DNA from: Methanothermococcus sp. Ax23
GTDB taxonomy: Archaea > AGJL01 > Methanococci > Methanococcales > Methanococcaceae
Assembly (NCBI RefSeq): GCF_049075655.1
Contig: NZ_CP157522.1
Span: 256,001-320,000 of the forward strand
Reading direction: 5' to 3'
DNA length: 64,000 nt
In this document: positions 21,866 through 32,296 of the stretch, piece after piece
Layout: each line of letters opens with the position of its first letter
Numbering within the stretch: the first letter of the stretch is position 1
Notes under the pieces: generated by a model
The model's input: only the letters and a program-made list of their open reading frames with translations
Told to the model about the DNA's origin: nothing
The model's database searches: none
Position numbers and translations under genes: made by a program

Positions 21866-24589
21866 TTATTGAATTATAGCAATTCCATCAACTAATCCAT
21901 CGATATCCACAGTTTCTACAATTTCCCCTTTGCTAAATAATGCCCTTTTAACACTCTTAATATGTTCCTTTGTCAATAAACCAAACTCTGTTTCAAGTCC
22001 CTCATTTAGTATTTTTTCTATGGTTTCTTCATCTGCATCTTTTATGTAATCCATAACTTTTTTGGAGTCTTTTTTAAACTCTGGACCTATTTTTGATTTG
22101 TTTGGAACAACTTCAACAATTTTCTGCTCCAATTCTGGTTTTCCATTTATTACATTCAATTCTTTTATATTCAGAGCTCCCTTTATATCATTAGCTACCT
22201 TCAATATTCCTTCGTATTCATTTTTATCTAAAACATAGATTTCAACATTTTTGAGTTCGGTGTTTAAAGGCATACCTTTGTTGGATTTGTATCTTCTTAT
22301 GGAAGCTACGGTGTTTTTGGCAAGTTCTCCGATGTATTCATTCTCCTCACTTATCATGTTTTCATCAATTTTACACCATGATGTGTGAAGATTATCTACT
22401 TTATATATGTCTCCAACAATATCTGCGAAATGCGGTGCAAATGGAGCCATAAGTTTTAGTGTATTTGTAATTACAGTGTATAATGTATATTGTGCGTTGA
22501 ATTTGCTTATTTTTGCCTTTTCAGTATCTTCTTTATTATACAATCTGTATTTTACCATTTCAATGTAGTTGTCGCAGAACTCATGCCATACGAATTTTTG
22601 AATATCTACTATGGTGTTGAATTTGTAGTTGTTTAGGTCTTCACTTACTTTTTTGATTAATTTGTTTAACTTACTTAATATCCACAAATCCACAGGGTTA
22701 TTTAGATTTACACAGTTGCATGGGTTAGGAACTTCAACTTCTTCGCCACCTACACTTAATTTCACTTTTGAATCATTTATAATATTTTTAATAGTATCAA
22801 TTGTTTCATCATCTAAATTCATCTTTGCAAATCTTGAAGCATTCCAGAACTTTCTTAAAAACCTATATCCATAATCTACTTCCTTCCATGCGAATGGAAC
22901 ATCATTTCCAAGGGTGCTGTTAGCCGCCCACAACCTTAAAGCATCTGAACCGTAGTTTTTTGTTATCTCAAATGGCTCTACAATGTTTCCTCTACTCTTA
23001 CTCATTTTATGTCCGTCTTCACCAAATACCATACCATTTATAACTATTTCATCCCATGGCTTTTTATCCGTTAATGCTATGGATTTTATAATTGTGTAGA
23101 ATGCCCATGTTCTTATAATATCATGCCCCTGTGGTCTGAGCTGAACTGGATAGTGGGATTTGAAAAACTCCTCATCATCCATCCATCCTGCTATCACCAT
23201 AGGGGTAATGGAAGAGTCCATCCAGGTATCCAATACATCTGTTTCAGGAATTAAATTTTTATTTCCGCATTTGCAGGCGTATGGGCATTCTTTTGTTGGG
23301 TCAATTGGAAGGTCTTCCTCCTTAGCTACGATTATTTCCCCACAATCTGGACAATACCATACTGGAATAGGTGTGGCAAATAATCTCTGCCTACTTATGC
23401 ACCAATCCCAATCCATGTCTTCAATCCACTGCAATAATCTTGTTTTCATGTGTTCAGGCATCCATTTAATTTCATTTGTAGCCTGTTCTACTTTTGGCAA
23501 TAGTTTTTTAACATTTACAAACCACTGGTCACCAACAATAATTTCAATAGGTGTTTTACATCTCCAACATACTCCTACATTCTGCTCCAATGGTTCCTGT
23601 TTTATTAAATATCCTTCGTTTTTAAGGTCTTCAATTATTTGCTTTCTTGCATCCTCTGTTTTCATCCCTGCATACTTTCCACAGATTTCAGAGAGCTCAC
23701 CCTTTTCATTAATTGCCTTCTTAATTTCAAGACCATGTCTATTTACCCAGACAACATCCGTCTTATCTCCGAAGGTACATACCATTACGACCCCGGTTCC
23801 AAATTCCTTCTCAACATCGCTATCAGGATATACCTTAACTTCCTGATTAAATAAAGGAACTTTTACAGTTTTTCCAACAACATTCTTATATCTCTCATCT
23901 TCTGGATGCACCACAATACCAACACATGCCGCAAGGAGCTCAGGTCTTGATGTTGCTATTTCCAAGTATTTGTTTTCATCTTCACTGTATGGGAATTTTA
24001 TATAATTCAGTTTGGAAGTTCTTTCTTTATAATCCACTTCTGCAAAGGCAATTGCTGTTTGACATCTTGGACACCAATTTACAGGGTGCTTTCCCCTATA
24101 TATTAAGCCGTTTTCATACATTCTTACAAATGCAGTTTGGGATTTTTTAACATAGTCTGGGTTCATGGTGATGTATTCTTTATCCCAGTCAATAGAAATA
24201 CCAAGAGATTTCACTTGTTCTCTCATTTTTTCTATATTTTCCTCGGTGAGCTCTATACATAGTTTTCTAAATTCATGTCTATCAATATCTGATTTTGTAA
24301 TGCCGTGGATTTCTTCAACCTTAACTTCTGTTGGGAGCCCGTGGCAGTCCCATCCCTGTGGAAACAGCACATCATAGTTGTTCATTCTTTTGAATCTTGC
24401 TATAATATCCATGTATGTCCAATTTAAAGCATGCCCCAAATGCATCCTTCCTGTTGGATATGGTGGTGGCGTATCTATAATATATGGCGGTCTTTTTTCA
24501 TCGTTTTTGAATTTATAAATTTTGCTTTCTTCCCATTTCTTTTGGATTTCTTTTTCCAGTTCAATGGAGTATTCCTTAGGCATTTCCAT
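21866..24589 (-). CDS. valS: Valyl-tRNA synthetase
   Basis: [20 protein letters not shown] and KMSKS motifs. Confidence 0.98.
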   Translation of the reverse strand: MEMPKEYSIELEKEIQKKWEESKIYKFKNDEKRPPYIIDTPPPYPTGRMHLGHALNWTYMDIIARFKRMNNYDVLFPQGWDCHGLPTEVKVEEIHGITKSDIDRHEFRKLCIELTEENIEKMREQVKSLGISIDWDKEYITMNPDYVKKSQTAFVRMYENGLIYRGKHPVNWCPRCQTAIAFAEVDYKERTSKLNYIKFPYSEDENKYLEIATSRPELLAACVGIVVHPEDERYKNVVGKTVKVPLFNQEVKVYPDSDVEKEFGTGVVMVCTFGDKTDVVWVNRHGLEIKKAINEKGELSEICGKYAGMKTEDARKQIIEDLKNEGYLIKQEPLEQNVGVCWRCKTPIEIIVGDQWFVNVKKLLPKVEQATNEIKWMPEHMKTRLLQWIEDMDWDWCISRQRLFATPIPVWYCPDCGEIIVAKEEDLPIDPTKECPYACKCGNKNLIPETDVLDTWMDSSITPMVIAGWMDDEEFFKSHYPVQLRPQGHDIIRTWAFYTIIKSIALTDKKPWDEIVINGMVFGEDGHKMSKSRGNIVEPFEITKNYGSDALRLWAANSTLGNDVPFAWKEVDYGYRFLRKFWNASRFAKMNLDDETIDTIKNIINDSKVKLSVGGEEVEVPNPCNCVNLNNPVDLWILSKLNKLIKKVSEDLNNYKFNTIVDIQKFVWHEFCDNYIEMVKYRLYNKEDTEKAKISKFNAQYTLYTVITNTLKLMAPFAPHFADIVGDIYKVDNLHTSWCKIDENMISEENEYIGELAKNTVASIRRYKSNKGMPLNTELKNVEIYVLDKNEYEGILKVANDIKGALNIKELNVINGKPELEQKIVEVVPNKSKIGPEFKKDSKKVMDYIKDADEETIEKILNEGLETEFGLLTKEHIKSVKRALFSKGEIVETVDIDGLVDGIAIIQ

Positions 24590-24857
24590 GTTTTCCCTCT
24601 TATGATTATGATAGGTTTAGATAATATCTAATAAAAATTTGAATAGAATTCAATTTTTATACCACACAGTTTTTACTTTATACACTCTACATTAAAAATA
24701 TAATAAAAATATAAATTATGTTTTAAAAAGATTATGTTTTATTATATCTCACATTATAAAAATTATGTTATAAATTTTCAACATCGGGTAGTCTCAGATA
24801 GAGCTCAACCGAGGTTGTCGAAAAATATTAAAGCATCAATAATATATAATACATATT

Positions 24858-25886
24858 ATGAAAGGGAATTCAAAAAAGAAAAAAGAAAAGAAAAAGACCA
24901 ATACTAAGAGGAAAGAAAAATATTGGAAAGCTTACGATATTAGATATAAAAACTACGACCTAAGAACTACATATACATTAATTTTATCCATTACAAACAT
25001 GCTGAATCGTCCTTCTACTGAAGGACGAAAGGTTGGTAGGACACCAGTCCTACCACATAATGAATATGTGGTAGTTCTAATATTAAAATATATCTACAAA
25101 CTAAGTTTAAGAGATTTGGAAACGCTCTCAAATATTTTACACAACAGACATATCGACCATTCTACATACGGTAAAGCATTCAAGCGAATAGATAACTGGT
25201 GGTTATCTACCTTACTTACTTTTACATATGTAATTATAGACAATCTACTAAACCAGCCCTCCAACAAACTATATATGGCAGATTCCACAGGAGTTTCTAT
25301 AAATAGATTATATGATGAATGTATTCACCGTGGGAAACGGACTAAACGGTTAGTGCATGATAAATTGCATATATTGGCATGTCGCTTACGAAGTAAGCGA
25401 GTAATGAAATTGAAATCTATGATTTCAATTTCATCTGATTACTATCCAGAACAAGGCTATATCCCAATAGTTTCTGCTCGTTGGGGTGGTGCTTATAGTT
25501 CCGATAGTGCCAACCTATTAGAAATGGTTAAACAGATAGATTTTTTAGATAATGAATATCTATTGGCTGATGGAGGATATGATTGTTGTGAATTGTTTGA
25601 GTACTTATTACAACACAATATCACTCCAATAGTTAAAACAAAAGAATTCAAATGGAAGTATCACATTAGAAAAGTTAGAAAAACCATTAAAAGCATGTTT
25701 AATAAGGATTGGTATCGCCTTCGAGGGATAGTAGAATCCATATTTGGAGGGCTGGAGACTAAAAACAGATTAAAATTAGATGATAAGTTAGTAGATAGTA
25801 GATGTAAAAGCACTATCGCAGTAGCGATAGTGCATAACATATTAACACTAATGAGGATATTAGTATTAACATATGATACCAAATAA
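24858..25886 (+). CDS. DDE transposase with an in-frame hairpin insertion
   Basis: ADSTG, LADGGYD and R..VESIFG triad. Confidence 0.9.
   Translation: MKGNSKKKKEKKKTNTKRKEKYWKAYDIRYKNYDLRTTYTLILSITNMLNRPSTEGRKVGRTPVLPHNEYVVVLILKYIYKLSLRDLETLSNILHNRHIDHSTYGKAFKRIDNWWLSTLLTFTYVIIDNLLNQPSNKLYMADSTGVSINRLYDECIHRGKRTKRLVHDKLHILACRLRSKRVMKLKSMISISSDYYPEQGYIPIVSARWGGAYSSDSANLLEMVKQIDFLDNEYLLADGGYDCCELFEYLLQHNITPIVKTKEFKWKYHIRKVRKTIKSMFNKDWYRLRGIVESIFGGLETKNRLKLDDKLVDSRCKSTIAVAIVHNILTLMRILVLTYDTK
25382..25440. repeat. Double-hairpin repeat inserted in the transposase CDS
   Basis: tcgcttac-GAA-gtaagcga and atgaaattgaaatc-TAT-gatttcaatttcat; homologous to 58727-58780. Confidence 0.85.
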
Positions 25887-25920
25887 ATTTACTAATTCAA
25901 TTATTCGACAACCTCAGCTC

Positions 25921-25938
25921 AACCGAAAAGTATATATA
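25921..25938 (+). promoter_or_regulatory. BRE/TATA promoter of tRNA-Leu
   Basis: AACCGAAAAGTATATATA ~35 nt upstream of the tRNA. Confidence 0.75.
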
Positions 25939-25972
25939 TGAGTTCTGAGTATGTAATGATGCAAGTAGTTGA

Positions 25973-26060
25973 GCAGGGGTTGCCAAGCCTGGCCAACGGC
26001 GCTGGACTTAAGATCCAGTCCCATAGGGGTTCGGGGGTTCAAATCCCCTCCCCTGCACCA
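25973..26060 (+). tRNA. tRNA-Leu(TAA), integration target
   Basis: GCAGGGG...CCCCTGCACCA; anticodon loop CTTAAGA; long variable arm. Confidence 0.97.
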
Positions 26061-26064
26061 TTTT
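26006..26064 (+). repeat. attL (3' part of tRNA-Leu)
   Basis: Identical to 47424-47482; begins at the anticodon loop. Confidence 0.95.
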
Positions 26065-26391
26065 CAAAATTCAACAATATAGCCGATTTACAAGGTTATT
26101 GAGTAATAAAAAATTACTGGATTTAATCCAGTAAGTAAAACGATACAATAACAGAATAAAATTGAGTAAGTATCGTAAATGAATAGGTCATTTATCAAAT
26201 ATCCTCAAAAAAATTAATTGGATAGTGTGAGCTTTGCTTTTTTGGTGTTAATGATTATATTTATTTATTTTGATGGTTTAATGTATTCGGTTATTGTCGT
26301 ATTGTTTTTAGTCAATTGTAGTATTTTTTATATATCTACATTGTTTTATTTAATTGTATTAATGTATGTTAAAAAAAGAATGTTTATTTTT

Positions 26392-29300
26392 TTACTCGCT
26401 TATGAGGAACCCTCTCCGAGGTTCCAGCAGTTCTCCAATATTTTTCAGTTTTTCAATAGTTTTTTCATATACTTCCTCTGGATACTTCAACACTTCTATA
26501 ATGTATTCCCAGAGTTCTGTTTCATTAATTCCATTTCTTGCTTTTTCAATAATCTCTTCCTCTATTGTCTTATTTTCTTCCTTGAATATTTTTATGAATC
26601 TTTCCAATAATTCATCCCTATCTATTATCTTTATTGTAGCATTCTCTCGTTTTTTCTTTAATTCTTTTGAAATGTAATTGTATATTGCAGAGAGTATATT
26701 CTTTATTTCTTCAAATTTTAATTTTATTCCACATTCTTTTTGGATTTCCATTATAATTTCTTTAATGGTTATTGTTTTATTTTTTAATCCATTTCCAAGT
26801 CCATATATTTTTTCCAACACTTTTGTCTCAAACATTTTTAAATATCCTTTTTCCATCTTACTGAGGTTCTCTTTTGCACATTTAACTATATTGTATGCTA
26901 TTTTTATTCTTTTAGTGATTGCACCCCACTTTGCTGGACTGAGCTCTGCTATCTTCATGGCAATATCTTTTTGAGTTCTGGCATCATCTCCAAGGATAAC
27001 TTCAGTAATCTTTGGGAACTCTTCATGCAGTTTGATATATTCAACGACTCTTCTTGCCATTTTTATATGCTTCACAATTAGGTATTTTTCATACTCACTG
27101 AACCTATCGTAGTTATTGTATTTTAACGCATTATTTACATCCTTAAACCTTTCATCAATAATATCTACTAACTTATTTACTTCTATCTTGTTTATCTCAG
27201 ATAGTTCCTTTCTTATTTCCAATACTTCTCCAATTTCTTCATCCATTATTTTTTCTATGGTTTTTATCTCCCACCCATGCCCTGTTGTCTCATCCAAATA
27301 TTTTTTCAATAATTCAGAGTTTGAAACAATTATTCTTTCTAATTTTCGATTTGTAAGATATGCTATTTTAGCCTCATCAACTTTATACCCTCCATCTTCT
27401 CTTTTCAAAATCTGCAACTGTTCTATTAGTTTTGTAGGTTTGAGTTCTTTTTCAATATCCAATATTTCTTTATTGTATTCTGAAACTAAATACTCTTTAA
27501 ATAATGAAAAGTCATCATTTGCCATACTTAGCATCTTTTCATATCTCAACATCTGTGATGCCTTCCCCTGTTCTGTATATATTATACAAGTGTCTCCCCC
27601 ATTTCTAACTCTTGCAAGGAACTGCCTGATAATTGTGGCTGATGAAGTTTTAAGGACTGCAACAACATCTACTTTATCCTTTATATTTAGTTGAATTGTT
27701 TCGTTTTCCCCTTCCCCATTTTTAATATTTATCCCTTCTGCAATTATTCTTGTTGCTAAAATTAAACCGTCTGGAACTCTTTCACTGTTTATTATCATCT
27801 GTGCCGCTTTATCTGTTCCAACAGTCTCCTTTGTAATTTTATAAATTTCTGAATTGAAGTTGTATAATTTAAGAATTTCTTCAATAGTATCTATATCCTT
27901 TTTTGAATCTACCAATACTATACCTTTTTTACTACCTTTGTTAAATTTCATTGTGATATATTTACAAAAATCTATAATGTTGTGGAGTCTTCCTTCTGAT
28001 TCAATTATGAAAGTATTTTTAAAGTATTCTTTTTTATCTTTAAATACTGCTTTGACAACCCTTTTGTTTTGTAGGTTTATGAGCTCAGGTGTTGCAGTTA
28101 ATAATATTGAAGCATATACTTTATTCAAATACTGTTCAATATTATTTATTTCCTTTTTCCTGAACTCTTTTTGTAAGATTAAATTGTGAGCCTCATCTAC
28201 TATCAATATAATGTCTTTATCTTCTTTTAGTTGTATTTCTTCTTTTCTCTCACCTATATCGATTACATCATACTTTATATCATACATTATCCTATCCAAT
28301 TGGTTATATGTTCCTATTACTAACCTTATTTCTTTTGCATTGTGAATTCTTGTAGTGCTACCTTCATAATATGCCGCCACTTTTGTTCCTTGGGATGCTA
28401 ATGTATTGTATGTCTGCATCACTTGTGATTTATAAGGGAATAGTAAGACAGTAATTTTCCCATTATTTTCTTCGTAGATTTTTCCTATGTTATTTGTTAT
28501 TGTGTATGTTTTCCCCCTTCCAGTTTCTGCCTGTAATATCACTGGTTTATTTTCTTTTGCAGAGTTGTCTATTGCTGTTTGTAGAACCTCGTATTTCAAA
28601 TACTTTTCACATTCAACTATTACTGCATTTTTATTCTTATCCAGTAATTCTTTTAAATATTCCTCCGCCTCAACATAATCATCCACTTTTGATGAAATTC
28701 CCTTCTTTTCAATAAATTCTAATATTTTATCTTTATATGCTCCCCATAGATATGCAATAACATTTGTTCTCAAATTATTGTTATGCCAATCTACTGCTAT
28801 GGCATTATATCCTTTATTTGGATATATGGTGCAATCTGGGTTATTTCCATCATTATAGTATATTGAATAGATGCTGATGTATTTACCATTTGATTTATAT
28901 CCCACTCTTAAATAGTCAAATAATTCTATAATCCACTTACTATCTTTGTATATTTCAGTTAATTTTGCCTGTATGAATTTCGTAAATTTGTATTCTTTTT
29001 TTGTTAATTCTTTAAAATCTTTAATTTTTATGTTTGATTTTTTGAGTTTATTGATTAGTTCAAATGATTCCGTTGTTTCACTTGCTTCTTTTACCATTTC
29101 TTTATATTCTTCATTATTTATTCCGAATTTGTAGAAAAATACTTCTGGAGCTATTGGTGCTAGATTTTTTCTTACATATAATATTTTACAGTCTCTCCCT
29201 CCCTCATATTTTTCTTTTCTGTTTTTTGTTCCAGGAAGTCTATCTACTCTTGCAATATCGTACATTGCAGTGTCTGCATCATGTCCAATTTGTTCTGCAA

Positions 29301-29952
29301 TTTTGGAAAGTATTGGGAGTTCTAACCTTGATATTGGTCTATCAATGTAATAGATGAACCTCAAACCCCCTCCGGTGAATGCAATAATGTGTGGTGTTGT
29401 GTAATCATCAGGGAGCTCTGAAAGTATTTTGTTTATTTTGTCATTTATCTCATCCATGGTAGGTTCTTTTTCTTTCCACTCCTCAACATCAAAATCAATA
29501 GGTATATAAATCCATGCTGTGGCTGATTTTGAACTCCCATTTTCCGTCTGTCTTGGTGCTATCCCTATTGATACAGTTGTTAATCTTGCTCTTTTACCTA
29601 TCTTTTTTAAAATTTCATTTTCTTTTTCGTAAATTCTGTTTGAAATTGATTCAGCAATGTTTTTTATGTCATCTGGATTAATCTCTGGGATTTCTATATA
29701 TTCAGAATATGCCCAGGAGTTTCTGTTATTTGGTTTTTGGTATTTCTTTTCCAATTCAACCAAATACCTAACTTCAAAATAGTTCATGTGTTTTATTGAT
29801 TTTTTTATATCCTTTTTGAGTTCTGGAATCGTTCCATCAACTACACTCCATACTATTTTATTTCTAAAATTGTAAATTGATGCCAGTAAAATACTTATAT
29901 GTTTAGTTATTTGTTTATTATTTGGCAAATTATATGAAGTGTATTTTTCCAT
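26392..29952 (-). CDS. Replication protein: RepB'/AEP-like primase domain fused to an SF2 helicase
   Basis: IDFD, FTGGGLRFIY and D.ARVDRLPGT.N.K; AETGRGKT, DEAH, LTAT, T..IAEGINI and QFLARVR. Confidence 0.8.
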   Translation of the reverse strand: MEKYTSYNLPNNKQITKHISILLASIYNFRNKIVWSVVDGTIPELKKDIKKSIKHMNYFEVRYLVELEKKYQKPNNRNSWAYSEYIEIPEINPDDIKNIAESISNRIYEKENEILKKIGKRARLTTVSIGIAPRQTENGSSKSATAWIYIPIDFDVEEWKEKEPTMDEINDKINKILSELPDDYTTPHIIAFTGGGLRFIYYIDRPISRLELPILSKIAEQIGHDADTAMYDIARVDRLPGTKNRKEKYEGGRDCKILYVRKNLAPIAPEVFFYKFGINNEEYKEMVKEASETTESFELINKLKKSNIKIKDFKELTKKEYKFTKFIQAKLTEIYKDSKWIIELFDYLRVGYKSNGKYISIYSIYYNDGNNPDCTIYPNKGYNAIAVDWHNNNLRTNVIAYLWGAYKDKILEFIEKKGISSKVDDYVEAEEYLKELLDKNKNAVIVECEKYLKYEVLQTAIDNSAKENKPVILQAETGRGKTYTITNNIGKIYEENNGKITVLLFPYKSQVMQTYNTLASQGTKVAAYYEGSTTRIHNAKEIRLVIGTYNQLDRIMYDIKYDVIDIGERKEEIQLKEDKDIILIVDEAHNLILQKEFRKKEINNIEQYLNKVYASILLTATPELINLQNKRVVKAVFKDKKEYFKNTFIIESEGRLHNIIDFCKYITMKFNKGSKKGIVLVDSKKDIDTIEEILKLYNFNSEIYKITKETVGTDKAAQMIINSERVPDGLILATRIIAEGINIKNGEGENETIQLNIKDKVDVVAVLKTSSATIIRQFLARVRNGGDTCIIYTEQGKASQMLRYEKMLSMANDDFSLFKEYLVSEYNKEILDIEKELKPTKLIEQLQILKREDGGYKVDEAKIAYLTNRKLERIIVSNSELLKKYLDETTGHGWEIKTIEKIMDEEIGEVLEIRKELSEINKIEVNKLVDIIDERFKDVNNALKYNNYDRFSEYEKYLIVKHIKMARRVVEYIKLHEEFPKITEVILGDDARTQKDIAMKIAELSPAKWGAITKRIKIAYNIVKCAKENLSKMEKGYLKMFETKVLEKIYGLGNGLKNKTITIKEIIMEIQKECGIKLKFEEIKNILSAIYNYISKELKKKRENATIKIIDRDELLERFIKIFKEENKTIEEEIIEKARNGINETELWEYIIEVLKYPEEVYEKTIEKLKNIGELLEPRRGFLISE

Positions 29953-29964
29953 AATCTCCCCATT

Positions 29965-30927
29965 TTATAAATTTCTTCTAATTGTGTTTAGTAAAATATC
30001 TGTTCGCTCTTTACTATGTGCGTAGAATAATGTTGTTTCTAATGAACTATGTCCCAAGTATTCTTTTACAATTTCAATTGGAACACCATTGTTCAGTAGT
30101 TCAACTGCCCTACCATGTCGTAGGGAATGAACAACTATTCTTTTATTTTTTGGAATCTCTCCCTCTTTCTTTAATTCATTCACGGCTCTTCTGAACATCT
30201 CACTAACCCAACCTCTTCTTACTTTCCCTCCTTTATCGTTCTGGAATATTGGGTCTTTGTCCTCTGTTTTTATGTTATATTTCACATATTCTCTTAATGC
30301 CATTAGTGTGTCCTTAGAACACACTACAAATCTTTCTTCACTAGATTTTGTATTTTTAATTCTGAACCTCCCCTCTTCAAAGTCGCAGTCTTCATAAGTT
30401 AAATTTATAATTTCTGAAATTCTGCATCCTGTGTCCCACAACATTCTGATAATTAAGGCATCTCTCATATTTGTTCTTCCCCTTCTTTGTAGAATCTTTT
30501 TTAATATTTTGTTCAATGTTTTCGAATTTACTGCATCATAGTGCTTTACTTCAAACTTTGTATATCTTCTTCTTTCTCTGCATTCCATTTCAAATTCCTT
30601 GAAATTTTCCAATCTCATAAGTCTATAAAACACTTTTAATAGTTTGAAATACTGACCTACTGAATTTCCCAATTTTCTTTCGTTTTCCAAATATTTGAAG
30701 AATTTACTGAATTCCTGTTTATTTAATTGGTCTGGTTCTTTGTTTATCCTCTCATAGCAGTATGAGAGAAAAACTCTGAGCCTTGATATATCACTTTTTA
30801 TTGTTGTCTCTTTTATTCTGTCAAATTCCCTTTCTTCTCTGAACTTCTCTATCCATTTGTCTTGGTTTGATAGTTCTACCTTTTTTTTATCAGGATTGAT
30901 AAGAATTAGATTTTCAATATCCTTCAT
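29965..30927 (-). CDS. Tyrosine integrase (MJ0367-like)
   Basis: TGCRISE, HSLRH and LGH...T..Y; N-terminal core-binding domain present. Confidence 0.93.
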   Translation of the reverse strand: MKDIENLILINPDKKKVELSNQDKWIEKFREEREFDRIKETTIKSDISRLRVFLSYCYERINKEPDQLNKQEFSKFFKYLENERKLGNSVGQYFKLLKVFYRLMRLENFKEFEMECRERRRYTKFEVKHYDAVNSKTLNKILKKILQRRGRTNMRDALIIRMLWDTGCRISEIINLTYEDCDFEEGRFRIKNTKSSEERFVVCSKDTLMALREYVKYNIKTEDKDPIFQNDKGGKVRRGWVSEMFRRAVNELKKEGEIPKNKRIVVHSLRHGRAVELLNNGVPIEIVKEYLGHSSLETTLFYAHSKERTDILLNTIRRNL

Positions 30928-31204
30928 GGATTCCCTCTTCTTCTTGGTAGATAATACAATTGATTACAAAGTTTGCTCCTTCCCCAAATTTGTTTAATAT
31001 TTCAATTTCTTTATCTGATAGTGTTAGTAATTTTTTGTTAGTTAATTTTCTCTTTTTTATTTCTGCTATCACTCTTGGGTCTATGCCTTTGTAATTTTCT
31101 GCTTTATGTAGATAGTATCTGAGCTCTCTTGCACCTATGTTTTTGTAGATGTTAAAATATTTTTTTGAATACTTTTTCCCTTTATCCTTGCTCATGCACT
31201 TCAT
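30914..31204 (-). CDS. MJ0366/DUF2540-like ribbon-helix-helix protein
   Basis: F.IYKNI..R.LRY.LHK.EN and LTL...E..I....G..AN...NC match the recalled MJ0366 sequence; overlaps the integrase start. Confidence 0.8.
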   Translation of the reverse strand: MKCMSKDKGKKYSKKYFNIYKNIGARELRYYLHKAENYKGIDPRVIAEIKKRKLTNKKLLTLSDKEIEILNKFGEGANFVINCIIYQEEEGIHEGY

Positions 31205-31287
31205 AGTTTCCCTTCATACTATTTTTGTAGAGCTCTACAAGTGGTAGTAATACTCACATTGTAGAGCTCCTATTGTTGCAGTATTAC

Positions 31288-31644
31288 TTACAGTATTCGA
31301 TATGTTCCAGTGTTCGGTTCGTATATTTCCCCATCTTCTATTAGTAATTTTATCGTTTTACCTACCTCTTTTAGAACCCTTTCCTTTAATCGCTCATAGG
31401 TTATCTCATCATTTTCCATGATTATGTTTAATATTAATTCCTTGAATGTCTCTGGAACCCTATCAACTTCAAACATATTACTTATATTCTCTTCATCAAT
31501 AATGTATCCATCATCATCTTCATCGACATTCTCAAAATATCCGCAGTTTAAACAATACCAACCATGCTCGTCTTCATCCCATACCATAGGACCATTTGGA
31601 CAATTAGGACAATGGGGGGCATTGTCATCAAACACTTTTGCCAT
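31288..31644 (-). CDS. Zn-ribbon plus C-terminal winged-helix protein
   Basis: CPNC...CLNC, acidic linker, GEIYEPNTGTYRIL terminus. Confidence 0.75.
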   Translation of the reverse strand: MAKVFDDNAPHCPNCPNGPMVWDEDEHGWYCLNCGYFENVDEDDDGYIIDEENISNMFEVDRVPETFKELILNIIMENDEITYERLKERVLKEVGKTIKLLIEDGEIYEPNTGTYRIL

Positions 31645-31648
31645 GATT

Positions 31649-31828
31649 TCACCTTTTCCATAAATTGATATAAATTCTGCCCCCGTTGTTCCTTCTATTT
31701 TTATACTCTTTGCTTACTGAACAGCTCCATCTTTTCAGTTTTTTGAATTCTTTTGTTATCTTTTCAACCGTGTATTCTGCATCTTTTTTCTCTGCCTCTG
31801 AATTCCACATGACTCTGATATTTACCAT
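31649..31828 (-). CDS. Small hypothetical protein (59 aa)
   Basis: Hand translation MVNIRVMWNSEAEKKDAEY...SKEYKNRRNNGGRIYINLWKR; RBS AGGTG; below the track cut-off. Confidence 0.6.
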   Translation of the reverse strand: MVNIRVMWNSEAEKKDAEYTVEKITKEFKKLKRWSCSVSKEYKNRRNNGGRIYINLWKR

Positions 31829-32069
31829 GTTTGCACCTATTTATGCTCTTTATAACCACTTTGAATTGTTTTTTAGTAAGTCCATACTTAGCATCTATCT
31901 TCTTTTTCCACTTCTCAAACTCTCCCTTATTTACTAACTTTACCTTTACTCCTCCTAGACATTCTAAAACTTCTTTCTCTTTTTGAAATGCCTTTTTTCC
32001 ACTTACTGCTCCATAGCTATCTATCTTTTCATTTTTATAAACCAAATAATACATCATTTTATCCCTCAT
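31764..32069 (-). CDS. Hypothetical protein
   Basis: Translationally coupled to the upstream ORF; 3' part overlaps the next ORF. Confidence 0.5.
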   Translation of the reverse strand: MRDKMMYYLVYKNEKIDSYGAVSGKKAFQKEKEVLECLGGVKVKLVNKGEFEKWKKKIDAKYGLTKKQFKVVIKSINRCKHGKYQSHVEFRGREKRCRIHG

Positions 32070-32296
32070 ACATCTGCATTCAAGTTAATTTCCAATAATG
32101 GTTTATTTTTACATTTTTTTATCCATCCTTTTTCTATCCATTCATTTAATACCTCCCTTACATTTTCTTTATTTTCCTTGATGTATTGTTTTATTTCGTA
32201 GAGCGATACTACTGGACAATTTTGTTGTTTAATTTCTTTAAACAATTCTTTTGAGTCCATTTTCACCCCCTCTTTGTTTGAATCATTGCCAGTCAA
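32066..32296 (-). CDS. Small winged-helix-like protein
   Basis: VSLYEIK...VLNEWIEKGWI pattern; operon context. Confidence 0.55.
   Translation of the reverse strand: MTGNDSNKEGVKMDSKELFKEIKQQNCPVVSLYEIKQYIKENKENVREVLNEWIEKGWIKKCKNKPLLEINLNADV

Larger units (their letters stand above)
24811..25915 (+). mobile_element. Insertion sequence (DDE transposase, IS5-like), 1105 bp
   Basis: TIR GAGGTTGTCGAA(a/t)AAT at both ends; 9-bp TSD AGCTCAACC at 24802-24810 and 25916-25924. Confidence 0.93.

Noticed and set aside
22700-22800. Apparent short insert in ValS ([14 protein letters not shown])
   Set aside because: No palindromic structure or intein motifs; cannot be shown to be an insertion without an alignment.
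23160-23846. 228-aa plus-strand ORF and the many other antisense ORFs
   Set aside because: Shadows of valS and other real genes; no motifs or RBS.
26218-26677. Hydrophobic plus-strand ORFs at the left end of the element
   Set aside because: By-product of the T-rich tract and antisense overlap with the replication gene.
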